Shown piece after piece: positions 9,948 to 19,617 of a stretch of DNA of 64,000 nucleotides. The first letter of the stretch is position 1, and every line of letters starts with the position of its first letter. Below the pieces are notes generated by a model. That model was not told where the DNA came from. It was given only the letters and a program-made list of their open reading frames with translations, and made no database searches. The position numbers and the translations under genes are program-made. This DNA comes from Bacteriovoracaceae bacterium (lineage in GTDB: Bacteria; Bdellovibrionota; Bacteriovoracia; Bacteriovoracales; Bacteriovoracaceae): contig JABIHA010000121.1 in NCBI GenBank assembly GCA_018649885.1, forward strand, positions 1-64,000, given 5' to 3'.

Positions 9948-9997
9948 AATGTAAATAGTGTTTTACATATTCAGCAATGTAAAACACTATTTACATT
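9948..9997. promoter_or_regulatory. Perfect 21-bp inverted repeat, probable Xre operator pair
   Basis: aatgtaaatagtgttttacat-N8-atgtaaaacactatttacatt; each arm is TGTAAA-N6-TTTACA. Confidence 0.8.
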
Positions 9998-10231
9998 GTG
10001 AAAAACAAATTGCATAAAATTCGAAAAGACCACCAAATTACTCAAACCCAGCTAGCTGATAAGGTTCTCACCACACGGCAAACAATTTACTTGATTGAAA
10101 AAGATAAGGTCACTCCATCACTGGAGCTGGCCTTCAAATTGGCTCAATATTTCGAAATCTCTATAGAAGATATATTTATATACTCACCAAAGAGTGAAGG
10201 CAGCGAAGACGATCTATTTAGGATACACTAA
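9998..10231 (+). CDS. Xre-family HTH regulator
   Basis: ITQTQLADKVLTTRQTIYLIEK..TPSLELAFKLA..F...IEDIF. Confidence 0.92.
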   Translation: MKNKLHKIRKDHQITQTQLADKVLTTRQTIYLIEKDKVTPSLELAFKLAQYFEISIEDIFIYSPKSEGSEDDLFRIH

Positions 10232-12372
10232 GGCCTCCAGCCCTCAGTAACTTTCCCGCTTTCAGTAAGCCAAAGTCTTGTATTTGTAGGAAACGGACCC
10301 TTAAAAACTTTTGTTTGCCCACCTGGAAAGCTCAACTTTATTTTTGAGATGACTTTTGCATCTCCCAGCCCAAAATGCAGATAAAGTGAGTTCTGTCCCC
10401 CCTTACCTGAAGCTCCTTCAACTTGTCTTAAATAGAGTTTTCCGCCAGCGTAAACCCTCACCACTGTTCCAATAGCAGCTGTGTTGACACGCTTCTCACC
10501 CACCACCTTGATAGAAACAAAATTTCCTGAAATAGGACCGTTATAGGTATTAACCCCATTAGCATAAAAATCAACATCTCCGTCATTATCATAGTCAGAT
10601 GACGATATGCCAGCACCGTAAAAGGATCTGCCTACATCAATTCCCGCAAAATATGTATCAATTTTAAAGCTACCATCTCCTTTTCCCCAATAAAAATCTT
10701 GGGTCCTTCTTTCTCTTCCAGAGGTCAAAATGAGATCGGGCACTCCATCTAAGTTAAAATCACTAATCAGAGGTACAGCATGAATTTCTTGAAAGCGAAG
10801 ACCTGCACGGTTTTCAAGTCCCGTCCAATCACTCATAGAGCTTTCAAATTTTCCATCTGCTTTTTGCAGTAAAATTTGAGTTTTATTTGAAGCTTTATAA
10901 TATCTAGGGTGAGCAAGATTGGCCTGGATATTATCCCAATCTCCATCACCATCAAGGTCTGACCATCCAGCACTGATAGTGTGTCCTCTATATTTAGGCG
11001 CCACACCAGCAAGGTTCAAATCTCTGCCAATCTCTTTAAATCTAGTGCCACCAATATTTTCAAATAGTAGGTTTCTTTCCATCTTGTAACTAGTCACTTG
11101 AATATCAATATCCCCATCGCTATCAAAATCAATGGGAATAGCACTTCTTCCAGGCATTCCAAAGCCAGCGATACCCACCTCTTTGCTAACCTCTGTAAAA
11201 GTGCCATTACCGTTATTTCTATAGAGAGCATCATCGAAGTAGGCCCCCTTAATACAAAGGCCATTTGTCACATAGAGATCTATATTTCCATCAGCATTGT
11301 AATCAAGCCAGGCCCCCGATCTACTTTTGGTGAATTTACCAAGCTTACAAAATCTTTTTTGATGAGCAGTGAGTGCTATTCCAGAGGCATCACTAACATC
11401 TTTAAATGTTCCATCACAATTTGATTTGTAAAGACGATTGGGAACAGTATCTTTTTCGTTAAATAGAAATAAATCTAGACAGCTATCGCCATTATAATCG
11501 GCCCAACTGCCTCCACTGGCCTTTATTCCAGAGAGTCCAGCCTTTTCAGTGACATCTGAAAATCCAAGTCCACCCAAGTTCTTATAGAGCTTTGGACCAT
11601 CGATGAGAAGATCATCAAACCCGTCGTGATTGTAATCCCCCCAGTTGACATGACTTGAGATGGCAGGCATGGATCTTTTAAAATACTTTTTTGAATTTTT
11701 ATGACGGTACTTCACATAGAGTTTTATCTGATACTTTCGGGATAGCCTTTTAACGGCCCCTTGATACAATCTCCTGGTTTCAACAGTAGGTAGGTGAACA
11801 ACAGCAGGGCAATTATTCCAATTCTTACATTTTGCATTTGAATCCATCTGCCATACAGGAGCAGATTTCCTTTTCACATGATGGGCCACAAAAATATACT
11901 CAGGGTTTGGTATATCTACAGGGCGATCAAGAATATAGTCGACCCACTTACCAGGGATCACATCCTGAGAACAACGAGTTCCCTCCCAAAGAGGCTTTTT
12001 GTGCCAAAAATGAAAACCATTGTGGCCAAAGTCGCGGTAAAGGCCGGCTTTTAATTTCTGAAATGGAAGTGCTGATTTTGAATCCCACTTAACAGAGAAA
12101 CCTATGATTTTTGCTGGAGCTTTTAAATCGAATCTCATCCCTTCATAGAAAGGATGATCCAAAACCCGGTATCCACTTTTTTTTCCATTTACACGAGGAT
12201 TTAGGCTTTTTATATTGGTCCCCGCTGAAGCCCCACTGCTCCACTGTAGTACTTCAACATCATGCTGGATTTTATTGTTGGCGCTTCCACAAACTGCGTA
12301 AAGATTTGTACCTGCCACAAAGATAGTAAAAATTAAAAATACTACATTGAAATTCCTTGAACCTCTCAACAT
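10228..12372 (-). CDS. Secreted FG-GAP repeat / ASPIC-UnbV (CRTAC1-like) protein
   Basis: Repeated DYxxDGxxD motifs; C-terminal GQNSLYLHFGLG. Confidence 0.9.
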   Translation of the reverse strand: MLRGSRNFNVVFLIFTIFVAGTNLYAVCGSANNKIQHDVEVLQWSSGASAGTNIKSLNPRVNGKKSGYRVLDHPFYEGMRFDLKAPAKIIGFSVKWDSKSALPFQKLKAGLYRDFGHNGFHFWHKKPLWEGTRCSQDVIPGKWVDYILDRPVDIPNPEYIFVAHHVKRKSAPVWQMDSNAKCKNWNNCPAVVHLPTVETRRLYQGAVKRLSRKYQIKLYVKYRHKNSKKYFKRSMPAISSHVNWGDYNHDGFDDLLIDGPKLYKNLGGLGFSDVTEKAGLSGIKASGGSWADYNGDSCLDLFLFNEKDTVPNRLYKSNCDGTFKDVSDASGIALTAHQKRFCKLGKFTKSRSGAWLDYNADGNIDLYVTNGLCIKGAYFDDALYRNNGNGTFTEVSKEVGIAGFGMPGRSAIPIDFDSDGDIDIQVTSYKMERNLLFENIGGTRFKEIGRDLNLAGVAPKYRGHTISAGWSDLDGDGDWDNIQANLAHPRYYKASNKTQILLQKADGKFESSMSDWTGLENRAGLRFQEIHAVPLISDFNLDGVPDLILTSGRERRTQDFYWGKGDGSFKIDTYFAGIDVGRSFYGAGISSSDYDNDGDVDFYANGVNTYNGPISGNFVSIKVVGEKRVNTAAIGTVVRVYAGGKLYLRQVEGASGKGGQNSLYLHFGLGDAKVISKIKLSFPGGQTKVFKGPFPTNTRLWLTESGKVTEGWRP

Positions 12373-12531
12373 CTCTTCTCTCCTATTTATCCCTTGAAAG
12401 CTTCCCGAAGGCCTTCAATACTCGGAATGTAGCAGGATTAAGAAATTACTGGGAAAAATTGAAATTTTTTCTTATATTGAAAAAAGAAAAACAAGGCCTA
12501 GTCTGTAATAATTGCACTTTTGAGGGTTAAA

Positions 12532-13404
12532 TTATTTTAGTGGGCAATCAGTTTGTTGATGATTCCAAATCCCTGACTCATCAAAACAATTGTAGAGCTT
12601 AGAAAGCTGTGAGGTGTAATTGTGAGTAGAAACTTGAGAGCTTGATACTCCGATTACCCGTCCCGTTTGCTCATCGAGTGCCGGTGAGCCTGAGCTCCCA
12701 GGAAGAATAGAGCACCTATGGGGAAAAGTTTCATAAAAGAAAAGTCCATTGTCTTTCTCTGACTTAATGCTAACTTTCCTCAATTTAGGTGCCTTAAGTA
12801 TCTGACAAGTTGAAATATATAAATGGTTTGAATCAACTGAAATAGGAAAATTTGGTATCACTATAGTCTGCTCTTCAAATAACTCTATACCGTCGTATAG
12901 CTCAAATGGAGTTGCGTACTGCTTTACTTCCCCTACAGACTTTTTAGATTCTAAGATCGCAAAGTCTCTCTTTCTCCTTGTGGCCAGTTTAATTTTTTTG
13001 ATTCGAATACTTCCTTTCTTTTTTCCATTTAAAAAATGGATATTTTCCAGATAGTCTTTATCAATAACCAAGTCCTCTGGTCCAAGCTTCCCGTCATACC
13101 TTGTGTCGACTCTACTGGAGTTAGGATCTTTTTTTATACAATGACCTGCTGTTATAAAGTAAGCAGGAGCCTGATCTCCAGCCCCTTGATCAATGAAAAA
13201 ACCGTTGCACTGAGCATACCTAAGTGTTCCCACACCCGAGTACATGAGTCTGGTACTAGGAACAGATTTTTTATCTACTCGCACCCAATTCACATCAGGT
13301 TTTTTATAACGTTTGGCCTTTAATGCAACTCCCTGTTCATTAAAAAGGGTTGAGTGGGCATTAGCGCAAAAAAACAATGTAATTACAAATAGTTGAAGTT
13401 TAAT
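12532..13404 (-). CDS. Secreted trypsin-like serine protease (probable ATT start)
   Basis: TAGHC, DFAIL and GSSGSP triad motifs; the signal peptide is complete only from ATT 13404. Confidence 0.8.
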   Translation of the reverse strand: MKLQLFVITLFFCANAHSTLFNEQGVALKAKRYKKPDVNWVRVDKKSVPSTRLMYSGVGTLRYAQCNGFFIDQGAGDQAPAYFITAGHCIKKDPNSSRVDTRYDGKLGPEDLVIDKDYLENIHFLNGKKKGSIRIKKIKLATRRKRDFAILESKKSVGEVKQYATPFELYDGIELFEEQTIVIPNFPISVDSNHLYISTCQILKAPKLRKVSIKSEKDNGLFFYETFPHRCSILPGSSGSPALDEQTGRVIGVSSSQVSTHNYTSQLSKLYNCFDESGIWNHQQTDCPLK

Positions 13405-13509
13405 TTTTTTCTCCTTACCAAGATCACCAGAATTTCAGTTTTTGGAAGGGTTTGGCAACAATGATTGGTCTTATTTGAAGTTATTACAAGCTAAATGAAG
13501 ATGCTCTTT

Positions 13510-14355
13510 CTAATTAATAAAGTCTTTTAGAGTATCGTAGACTTCATCGGGCGCATCGTGATGAACGAAATGAGAGGCCTTAGAAATAAGATGAAGTCTT
13601 CCATTTTGGCAATACTTTAGACTAGGTGCTGCCATCTTCACTCTTACAAATGGATCTTTTTCTCCCCAGATAACAAGAGTTGGCACTTTTATGGGCGACT
13701 TGTAATTGTAAGTCACACTTCTAAAGGCGGCTCGGTACCAATTGAGCATTCCTGTAAAGGCCCCTTTTTGTGACCATGCTTTCACATAGTCGCTGCCGCC
13801 TAGATCACATATATGATGGTTCTTTGTTCCTTTAGATGTAGCCTTGGCAAAATGCTTGAAGTTTTTAAATGACCAAATTTTTTCTGGAAGAAAGGGAAGC
13901 TGCATAAAAAACATATACCAACTAGATCGAAGTTGTTTTGGATTAGTCAGAATCTCTTTAAGAAAAACATCTGGGTGTGGAACGTTTAATACTGCTGCTT
14001 TTTTAATATTATCACCATGATTAGCGGCAAGCGCCCACGTAACAGCTGCTCCCCAGTCGTGACCAATGACTGTCGCCTTTTCTCGTTTTTCTGATTTGAT
14101 CAGTCCCAAGATATCCGCAGTTAGCTCTTTCATTTTATAAGCATTAATTTTTTTAGGGCGATCACTTAAATTGTACCCTCTTTGATCGGGAATCAACACG
14201 CGGTATCCACACTCCGCAAATTTTTTTCCAATATACTCCCAGCTTTTCCAAAATTCAGGAAAGCCATGTAAAAAAATCAATAGCTCTCCATCTTCTGGAC
14301 CAGAAACTTTAACATGGAGTTTTATACCATTGGTGTTTACAAACTTTGATTCCAT
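13510..14355 (-). CDS. Alpha/beta hydrolase, epoxide-hydrolase-like
   Basis: HGFPE, DQRGYN, GHDWG, LNWYRA, HFVHHD. Confidence 0.9.
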   Translation of the reverse strand: MESKFVNTNGIKLHVKVSGPEDGELLIFLHGFPEFWKSWEYIGKKFAECGYRVLIPDQRGYNLSDRPKKINAYKMKELTADILGLIKSEKREKATVIGHDWGAAVTWALAANHGDNIKKAAVLNVPHPDVFLKEILTNPKQLRSSWYMFFMQLPFLPEKIWSFKNFKHFAKATSKGTKNHHICDLGGSDYVKAWSQKGAFTGMLNWYRAAFRSVTYNYKSPIKVPTLVIWGEKDPFVRVKMAAPSLKYCQNGRLHLISKASHFVHHDAPDEVYDTLKDFIN

Positions 14356-14372
14356 TTCCTCTCCAATTTTCG

Positions 14373-14398
14373 AAAAAAGGGGGGGACTTCCCCCCTTT
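14373..14398 (-). terminator. Intrinsic terminator downstream of the HelD-like gene
   Basis: G/C-run hairpin followed by a T-run on the minus strand. Confidence 0.75.
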
Positions 14399-14403
14399 AG
14401 ACA

Positions 14404-16599
14404 TTAAATCAAATGACTTTTTTCTCCTGAGTAAAGTACCCAGAGTTGATGAATCGCCCTAGTGGCGGCCAAGTACAACCTCTTTCTAGTTCGATTTCGT
14501 ACAGGATAGTTTTCAATATTAGCATCGGGAATGACAACATAATCAAACTCAAGCCCTTTGACTTGATCCACTGTACTAATATCGATTCCTGGCTGAAAAT
14601 TAAACTCAAAATCCACAATCAGTCTGACAGGTCCTATTTCTCTTAGAGCAGAATAAATTTCACCCGCAGTTTTCATCTCATTGCATATGATAGCAATTGA
14701 TGCTTTGGGTTCAGCAATGACAAGATCAGAGAGTGCTTCATATAAAACAAGGCAAGCTTGTTCCAGGTGAGGCAAGTGATCGATCCTGACAGGTGAGCCG
14801 ACCCTACCTGCACTTGGTAAATTTGTCGGTGCAAGGGGCCCAAGGATGTGATGAGAGAATTCAACAATTGTACTGGGAGAGCGATAAGAGATGGCCAGCT
14901 CTGAAGCTGATGCATCCTGTGCCCCCAGATTTGAAAGAACATGATCCCATGATATAAAGTTCGTTGTTTTATCAATTTGCTGAGCACTATCTCCGGCCAC
15001 TGTCACCTGTCCTCCAGGTGCCAAGAATTTAGAAATCACTTGAAGTTCAACTGAGCTCAACTCTTGCGCTTCATCGAGAACAATATGCTTAAATTTTCGG
15101 GCCCTCCCCTTAGGAGCATTCAGTGCAGAGGTTTTTAACTCAAGCAGCTTAAGACAAAGTGCAAAGTCTTCGCCATCAACTGTCTGGGCCAAATCAAAAT
15201 TAGTTTGTGCTTCTACACTTTGACTATCGATGCCCTTAGTTTTTGAGCTCTCATCCCTTTCTTTCAATTGACGATTTGTGTGTTCAAGAAGTCTTTCAAC
15301 CATTCTCCCACTAATTTCGGGCTGACTTGTAAGAGTCATAAGTAGTTTTTTATCTGAAAGCACTTCAAGTAGATCTTCCCACACAAAGAAGGTGGAATGA
15401 ATCATTTGCTCAACATGAAATTTAGCTGTGGCCTGAATATTTTTTAGCTTTTCCACTTTTTTCAAACGAATCAAAAGGCATTGATCCGAAAACTCATTGA
15501 ATACACTTTGCAATATAGCTCCATCATCAAGTTTCAATAACTGCTCAGAAAACTTAAACGTAAGTTTACCAATATGCTCCCCCAGAAGTGTAAGCATCGC
15601 CGGATGTCTTTTTACCATTCTGACATCCTCGGGCGTCTCTAAGCATAGTCTTTTTGGCAAATCCGCCACAACCTTTCTCGCCTGAAGCTCGATCCAGTGA
15701 CTGGAAGTTTTCACATTCACTTTTTCAATGCCTACACTCGAAAGTAGGGTGTGAGAAAGTTTAATTAGCCCTTTATGAGGGACCAGAACTAATGCCTGGC
15801 TTTGTGCTAACCCATCACTACATAGTTGGGCAATACGATATAAGGCCACTGTGGTCTTTCCACTTCCAGCTCCGCCAGTAATAAGTAAAGGCCTGGTGGC
15901 GTCAGCTTGTACAATGGCATATTGATCTCTATCCAATAGTCCAAGTACATCGGGAGTAGAAAACCCACTGGCGCCTAGACCCAATTTTCTGGTGGCACTC
16001 CCCTGCCCTCCCGAGAATTTCTCGCAAAGCTTGTGTAGGTTAATCCATTTCCCATCTTTTTTGACATAGGTTTTTCCCGCCCTATCAACTCGGTGGATTT
16101 TTCCTCCGTATATAGTCAGTATTGACGACTCCTCTACCACTCCTGAGATGACTTTTTTGGGAAGCTCTAACTCAAAGTTCTCTCCCTCTTTAAAGTCGTA
16201 GAAGATTCTCGATATGGGTGCTTTTTTCCAGTCGACAATACGAAAGTCACCCTCTGCCTCAATAAAAGAGGTGTGGCCTAAAAATATATCTTTTGACTCT
16301 CCATTTTGAACAATTCTCATATACCCAAAATAAGGTGAATTTAAATCGGGCGTTTTAATTTTTTGTGAATACCTACTCGCAAGTTGATACTGTAAATTGA
16401 GTTGGTAAAATAATCCCCCTAAGTCCTCTTCCTTTCCCACTTTAATTTCTTCTTTAATTTGGGCAATGGTTGTGTGGATTAGATCGAGATCGGCCCCCTT
16501 CTTTTCTGGGGCACTGGTAATTGTCTTTAACACTTCATCTAAGTACTGTTCATGTTTAACAAGAAAATGAATTTCTAACTCAGATAATTCTTCACCCAT
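14404..16599 (-). CDS. helD: HelD-like SF1 helicase-family ATPase (RNA polymerase recycling factor)
   Basis: PYFG...IVDWKKAPISRIFY N-terminal motifs; GGAGSGKT, DEAQE, SYRS, KGLEFD, LYLAATRA. Confidence 0.75.
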   Translation of the reverse strand: MGEELSELEIHFLVKHEQYLDEVLKTITSAPEKKGADLDLIHTTIAQIKEEIKVGKEEDLGGLFYQLNLQYQLASRYSQKIKTPDLNSPYFGYMRIVQNGESKDIFLGHTSFIEAEGDFRIVDWKKAPISRIFYDFKEGENFELELPKKVISGVVEESSILTIYGGKIHRVDRAGKTYVKKDGKWINLHKLCEKFSGGQGSATRKLGLGASGFSTPDVLGLLDRDQYAIVQADATRPLLITGGAGSGKTTVALYRIAQLCSDGLAQSQALVLVPHKGLIKLSHTLLSSVGIEKVNVKTSSHWIELQARKVVADLPKRLCLETPEDVRMVKRHPAMLTLLGEHIGKLTFKFSEQLLKLDDGAILQSVFNEFSDQCLLIRLKKVEKLKNIQATAKFHVEQMIHSTFFVWEDLLEVLSDKKLLMTLTSQPEISGRMVERLLEHTNRQLKERDESSKTKGIDSQSVEAQTNFDLAQTVDGEDFALCLKLLELKTSALNAPKGRARKFKHIVLDEAQELSSVELQVISKFLAPGGQVTVAGDSAQQIDKTTNFISWDHVLSNLGAQDASASELAISYRSPSTIVEFSHHILGPLAPTNLPSAGRVGSPVRIDHLPHLEQACLVLYEALSDLVIAEPKASIAIICNEMKTAGEIYSALREIGPVRLIVDFEFNFQPGIDISTVDQVKGLEFDYVVIPDANIENYPVRNRTRKRLYLAATRAIHQLWVLYSGEKSHLI

Positions 16600-16667
16600 A
16601 GGCATACTCCTCTTTTCATTTGATTCGACAAGGTCATGGATTAAATTTATAGTGCAAACAGAGGTGG

Positions 16668-16694
16668 AAATCAATGCGCTGCGTGCATTGATTT
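16668..16694. other. Hairpin, possible terminator or leader structure upstream of the helD-like gene
   Basis: aaatcaatgc...gcattgattt. Confidence 0.45.
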
Positions 16695-16756
16695 AAATCC
16701 AGAATTTTGTTATATTCAGTCTATGGCGAGATGGGTGATTAGAGATTTTGTCTAGT

Positions 16757-16930
16757 CTACTTTTTTGGTCTTCTAAACTTGGATCTTTTGGGTTTAGGGG
16801 CAGCGAACTTTCCGTGAATACTCCCTTTATGAATTCCTCCACCATTACCAGGACCAGATTCTCTTTTCGTTTTTCCTGCATAACAAGCTGTGGCCATAGT
16901 CAGTGCGGTTAGGAATAAAACTGCTTTCAT
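16757..16930 (-). CDS. Small secreted cationic peptide (57 aa)
   Basis: MKAVLFLTALTMATACYA signal, then GKTKRESGPGNGGG...KPKRSKFRRPKK. Confidence 0.55.
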   Translation of the reverse strand: MKAVLFLTALTMATACYAGKTKRESGPGNGGGIHKGSIHGKFAAPKPKRSKFRRPKK

Positions 16931-17111
16931 GAAAGTCACCTTTGTTAACAATTCAAATGTCGGGGAGTTTTTTAACACAAACGAGTTATGCTAAAAGATG
17001 ATTATGCCCCCACATAGAACTTTTTAAAGACCCGCAATCCTAACCTAAATTCGGTATTTCTGGGGAAAGACTGAAAAAATTACAACACCATCACTAAGTC
17101 AGCGAAATGTA

Positions 17112-18509
17112 TTATTGATCAAAGGGGTGTAGACTACTGAATAAAACTGAGGCTTGGTCAAAAACTAAAATATGCCCCTGGGTACCGGCCCCCCCAAGAT
17201 ACTTAGCTGAGTACCCAGCACTTTGATAAGCCCCCGAACTAATAGTTCCAGTGAAAGGTTCACTTTCAGCAGACGGAGTGCAAGTACTATTACTAAAAAT
17301 TTTAATATCAGCTGTTGAGCCGTCACTGTCGGCAGCAATAATACTTGCATTTACACTAGAACTTACAGCTCCTGGGTTCCCATAGGTATCAATACTCACA
17401 ACCTTAAATTTATGGCAGGTGGTACTAGCAGGATTCGTACCATTACTAAAAGAAAAATAATCATCAGTAAGAGCATTGTCATCAAAGGGGTCATCTACCA
17501 ACATTAACTCTCTAGCAGATCCATTGGAACCAGCGTTGTCAGCAGACATCAACCTGGAATTGTAAAAACCAATAATATACATGGTGGTGCTATTATCAGT
17601 GGCAAACCCCGTTTGAAACTCAATATCATCATCTCCATCACAAGACGGTGATGTGGGAGTTGCACTGCTTTGATCTAAGTCAAGACAGGTGCTGGAATTA
17701 TCGACAGTTGAACCCGACCCTGTATAAAGAACTGTACCAGTAGCTACTTGATAGACCTCATAATCAAAAGTCATGGTATTACTAACGTTATTGGTTACAT
17801 TCAATTTATAATAATACCCAGACGATGTAAGACCTATATAAACTCCATTCAGACTTTGAGAAAGAGCAATAGATCCAGTTCGATTTTGAAATTCTTGGTA
17901 ATTACATGAAAGGAAGTCGAAATCGATAAGGGCGTAAGAACTTTCTAAACCGCAGCCAGCAATATCGCTAAACCCTAAGCCTGTGCAGTTGTTAATGATA
18001 ATGGAATCTGAGGGTGTAAAAGTGCTTTGAAAAGTCACATTATTATCACCAGCCTCTAAGTTAACATTTTTACTAGTAACCACATACATCGCTGAGATAT
18101 AGTTTTCAAAATCATCGTTTGTTAATTCAAGAAAATTTGGGCAATGTGCAAAATGGGTATCGTCTTTAGAGAAGGCAATCACTTGCAATTCAATATTGTC
18201 ACCAGCATCCACTTCGAACTTTCCATCACCACCATTTCCTATGGAAGTCGAATGATGGGTGAATGATCCAATCTCAGCGTTATCTGAGTTATAACAAGTG
18301 GCCTTTCGATCTTTGTCAGGATGAGTGGCAAAAATAAAAACACAATCAAGATCAGAGGCCGTACTAGGATTTGAGACAGCGCCATGTTTGGTGGAGCTAA
18401 CTTTTGAATTGTGAAAGCTAAAATGAACAGTTGCTAACTCATTTTCTTCTTTGTTTGAACAGCTTAGCAGTAGAAATAATAGTATTGGTGCAAGACCTAG
18501 AACTTTCAT
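17112..18509 (-). CDS. Ser/Thr/Asp-rich lipoprotein, unknown function
   Basis: Lipobox LLSC; long ORF. Confidence 0.75.
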   Translation of the reverse strand: MKVLGLAPILLFLLLSCSNKEENELATVHFSFHNSKVSSTKHGAVSNPSTASDLDCVFIFATHPDKDRKATCYNSDNAEIGSFTHHSTSIGNGGDGKFEVDAGDNIELQVIAFSKDDTHFAHCPNFLELTNDDFENYISAMYVVTSKNVNLEAGDNNVTFQSTFTPSDSIIINNCTGLGFSDIAGCGLESSYALIDFDFLSCNYQEFQNRTGSIALSQSLNGVYIGLTSSGYYYKLNVTNNVSNTMTFDYEVYQVATGTVLYTGSGSTVDNSSTCLDLDQSSATPTSPSCDGDDDIEFQTGFATDNSTTMYIIGFYNSRLMSADNAGSNGSARELMLVDDPFDDNALTDDYFSFSNGTNPASTTCHKFKVVSIDTYGNPGAVSSSVNASIIAADSDGSTADIKIFSNSTCTPSAESEPFTGTISSGAYQSAGYSAKYLGGAGTQGHILVFDQASVLFSSLHPFDQ

Positions 18510-18595
18510 GATTCACTCCGAAAATAATGAGACATAATTGTCTGCTAATTTTCGGAGTGTGCAAATGAGGGTCGCGGCGAAAAGCTGCGATTAGT

Positions 18596-19519
18596 CTACT
18601 TTATTTGGCCTTGGTGAACTACTTGCCTGCCATTTTCTGAGTCAATGACAATAAACTCATAGTCTATACTTGGTGCCCCGCCCTCTCTTTTAACAGTTAG
18701 AGTCACATAGCCGAGAGCACTGATGGCAAAATCTCTGGGTTTTGCGGCCAAAGGCCTAAGTTTTCCAGCAGCCCCTGACACTATTAATCTTGTGCCATCA
18801 ACTTCCCCCTCATCAGAGAGATCGTGATCGTGACCTGAGAAATAGGCATCAAATCGTCCGATAACATGCTCTTTCAAAAAGTCTTTATCATCACTATCCG
18901 CGTCCCCATGATCTCCCACAGAGAGGTAGGGGTGATGGCCAAAGGCCAATGAAAGGGAGCAACCCTCAGAGATTTCAGGCCAAGACTCTTCAATCCAATC
19001 TTTTTGTGGAAAAAATCCCCACCAAGTATTGGTATCAAAAGTCACAAAACAAATATCATCCCAAACTTCAGCGTAATAAAAGGCAGGAAAGATGATACTA
19101 GTATGTCTATTAGCTAGCTCTAGCCACGCCTTGGTGTCGCCATTGTAGTCGTGATTACCAAGGGCGATGTAAAAGGGAACATCACCTTCTAACATCTCTT
19201 TATAGGGATCATAAAACTTATCCATAAATTGCTGATCATCAGGGCCTTCAAGACCATCTTCATAGATGATATCTCCCACAACTCTTACTTGATCACAGCC
19301 CTCTTCCTTTAAATAAGAGGCCACTAGCATTTGCTCATCTCCCGCAGTACCACTATCACCGAAAACACAAATTTTTGTCCCATCTGCAATTTGGGAGTTC
19401 TCACTGACAACTGTTGGGGGTACAGGATCTTCTCCTTTGCCATCTGGTTCCGGGCTTGGATCGGGGTTACAGGCAGCGAGTGTTAAAAGTAGAAGTAAAG
19501 TAGTCCAGTTATTTTTCAT
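18596..19519 (-). CDS. Lipoprotein metallophosphoesterase, purple-acid-phosphatase/TRAP type
   Basis: LAAC lipobox; GDSG, GDIIY, GNHD, HHP, GHDH. Confidence 0.9.
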   Translation of the reverse strand: MKNNWTTLLLLLTLAACNPDPSPEPDGKGEDPVPPTVVSENSQIADGTKICVFGDSGTAGDEQMLVASYLKEEGCDQVRVVGDIIYEDGLEGPDDQQFMDKFYDPYKEMLEGDVPFYIALGNHDYNGDTKAWLELANRHTSIIFPAFYYAEVWDDICFVTFDTNTWWGFFPQKDWIEESWPEISEGCSLSLAFGHHPYLSVGDHGDADSDDKDFLKEHVIGRFDAYFSGHDHDLSDEGEVDGTRLIVSGAAGKLRPLAAKPRDFAISALGYVTLTVKREGGAPSIDYEFIVIDSENGRQVVHQGQIK

Positions 19520-19617
19520 AGAAGCCTCTAGTATTTAGGAGTTACTAAATACTCGGGATCAATTTGAAAGTAGGACAGTCGCTAATTGAAATAATGGGGC
19601 ATAGGTAAGAAGTGCCC

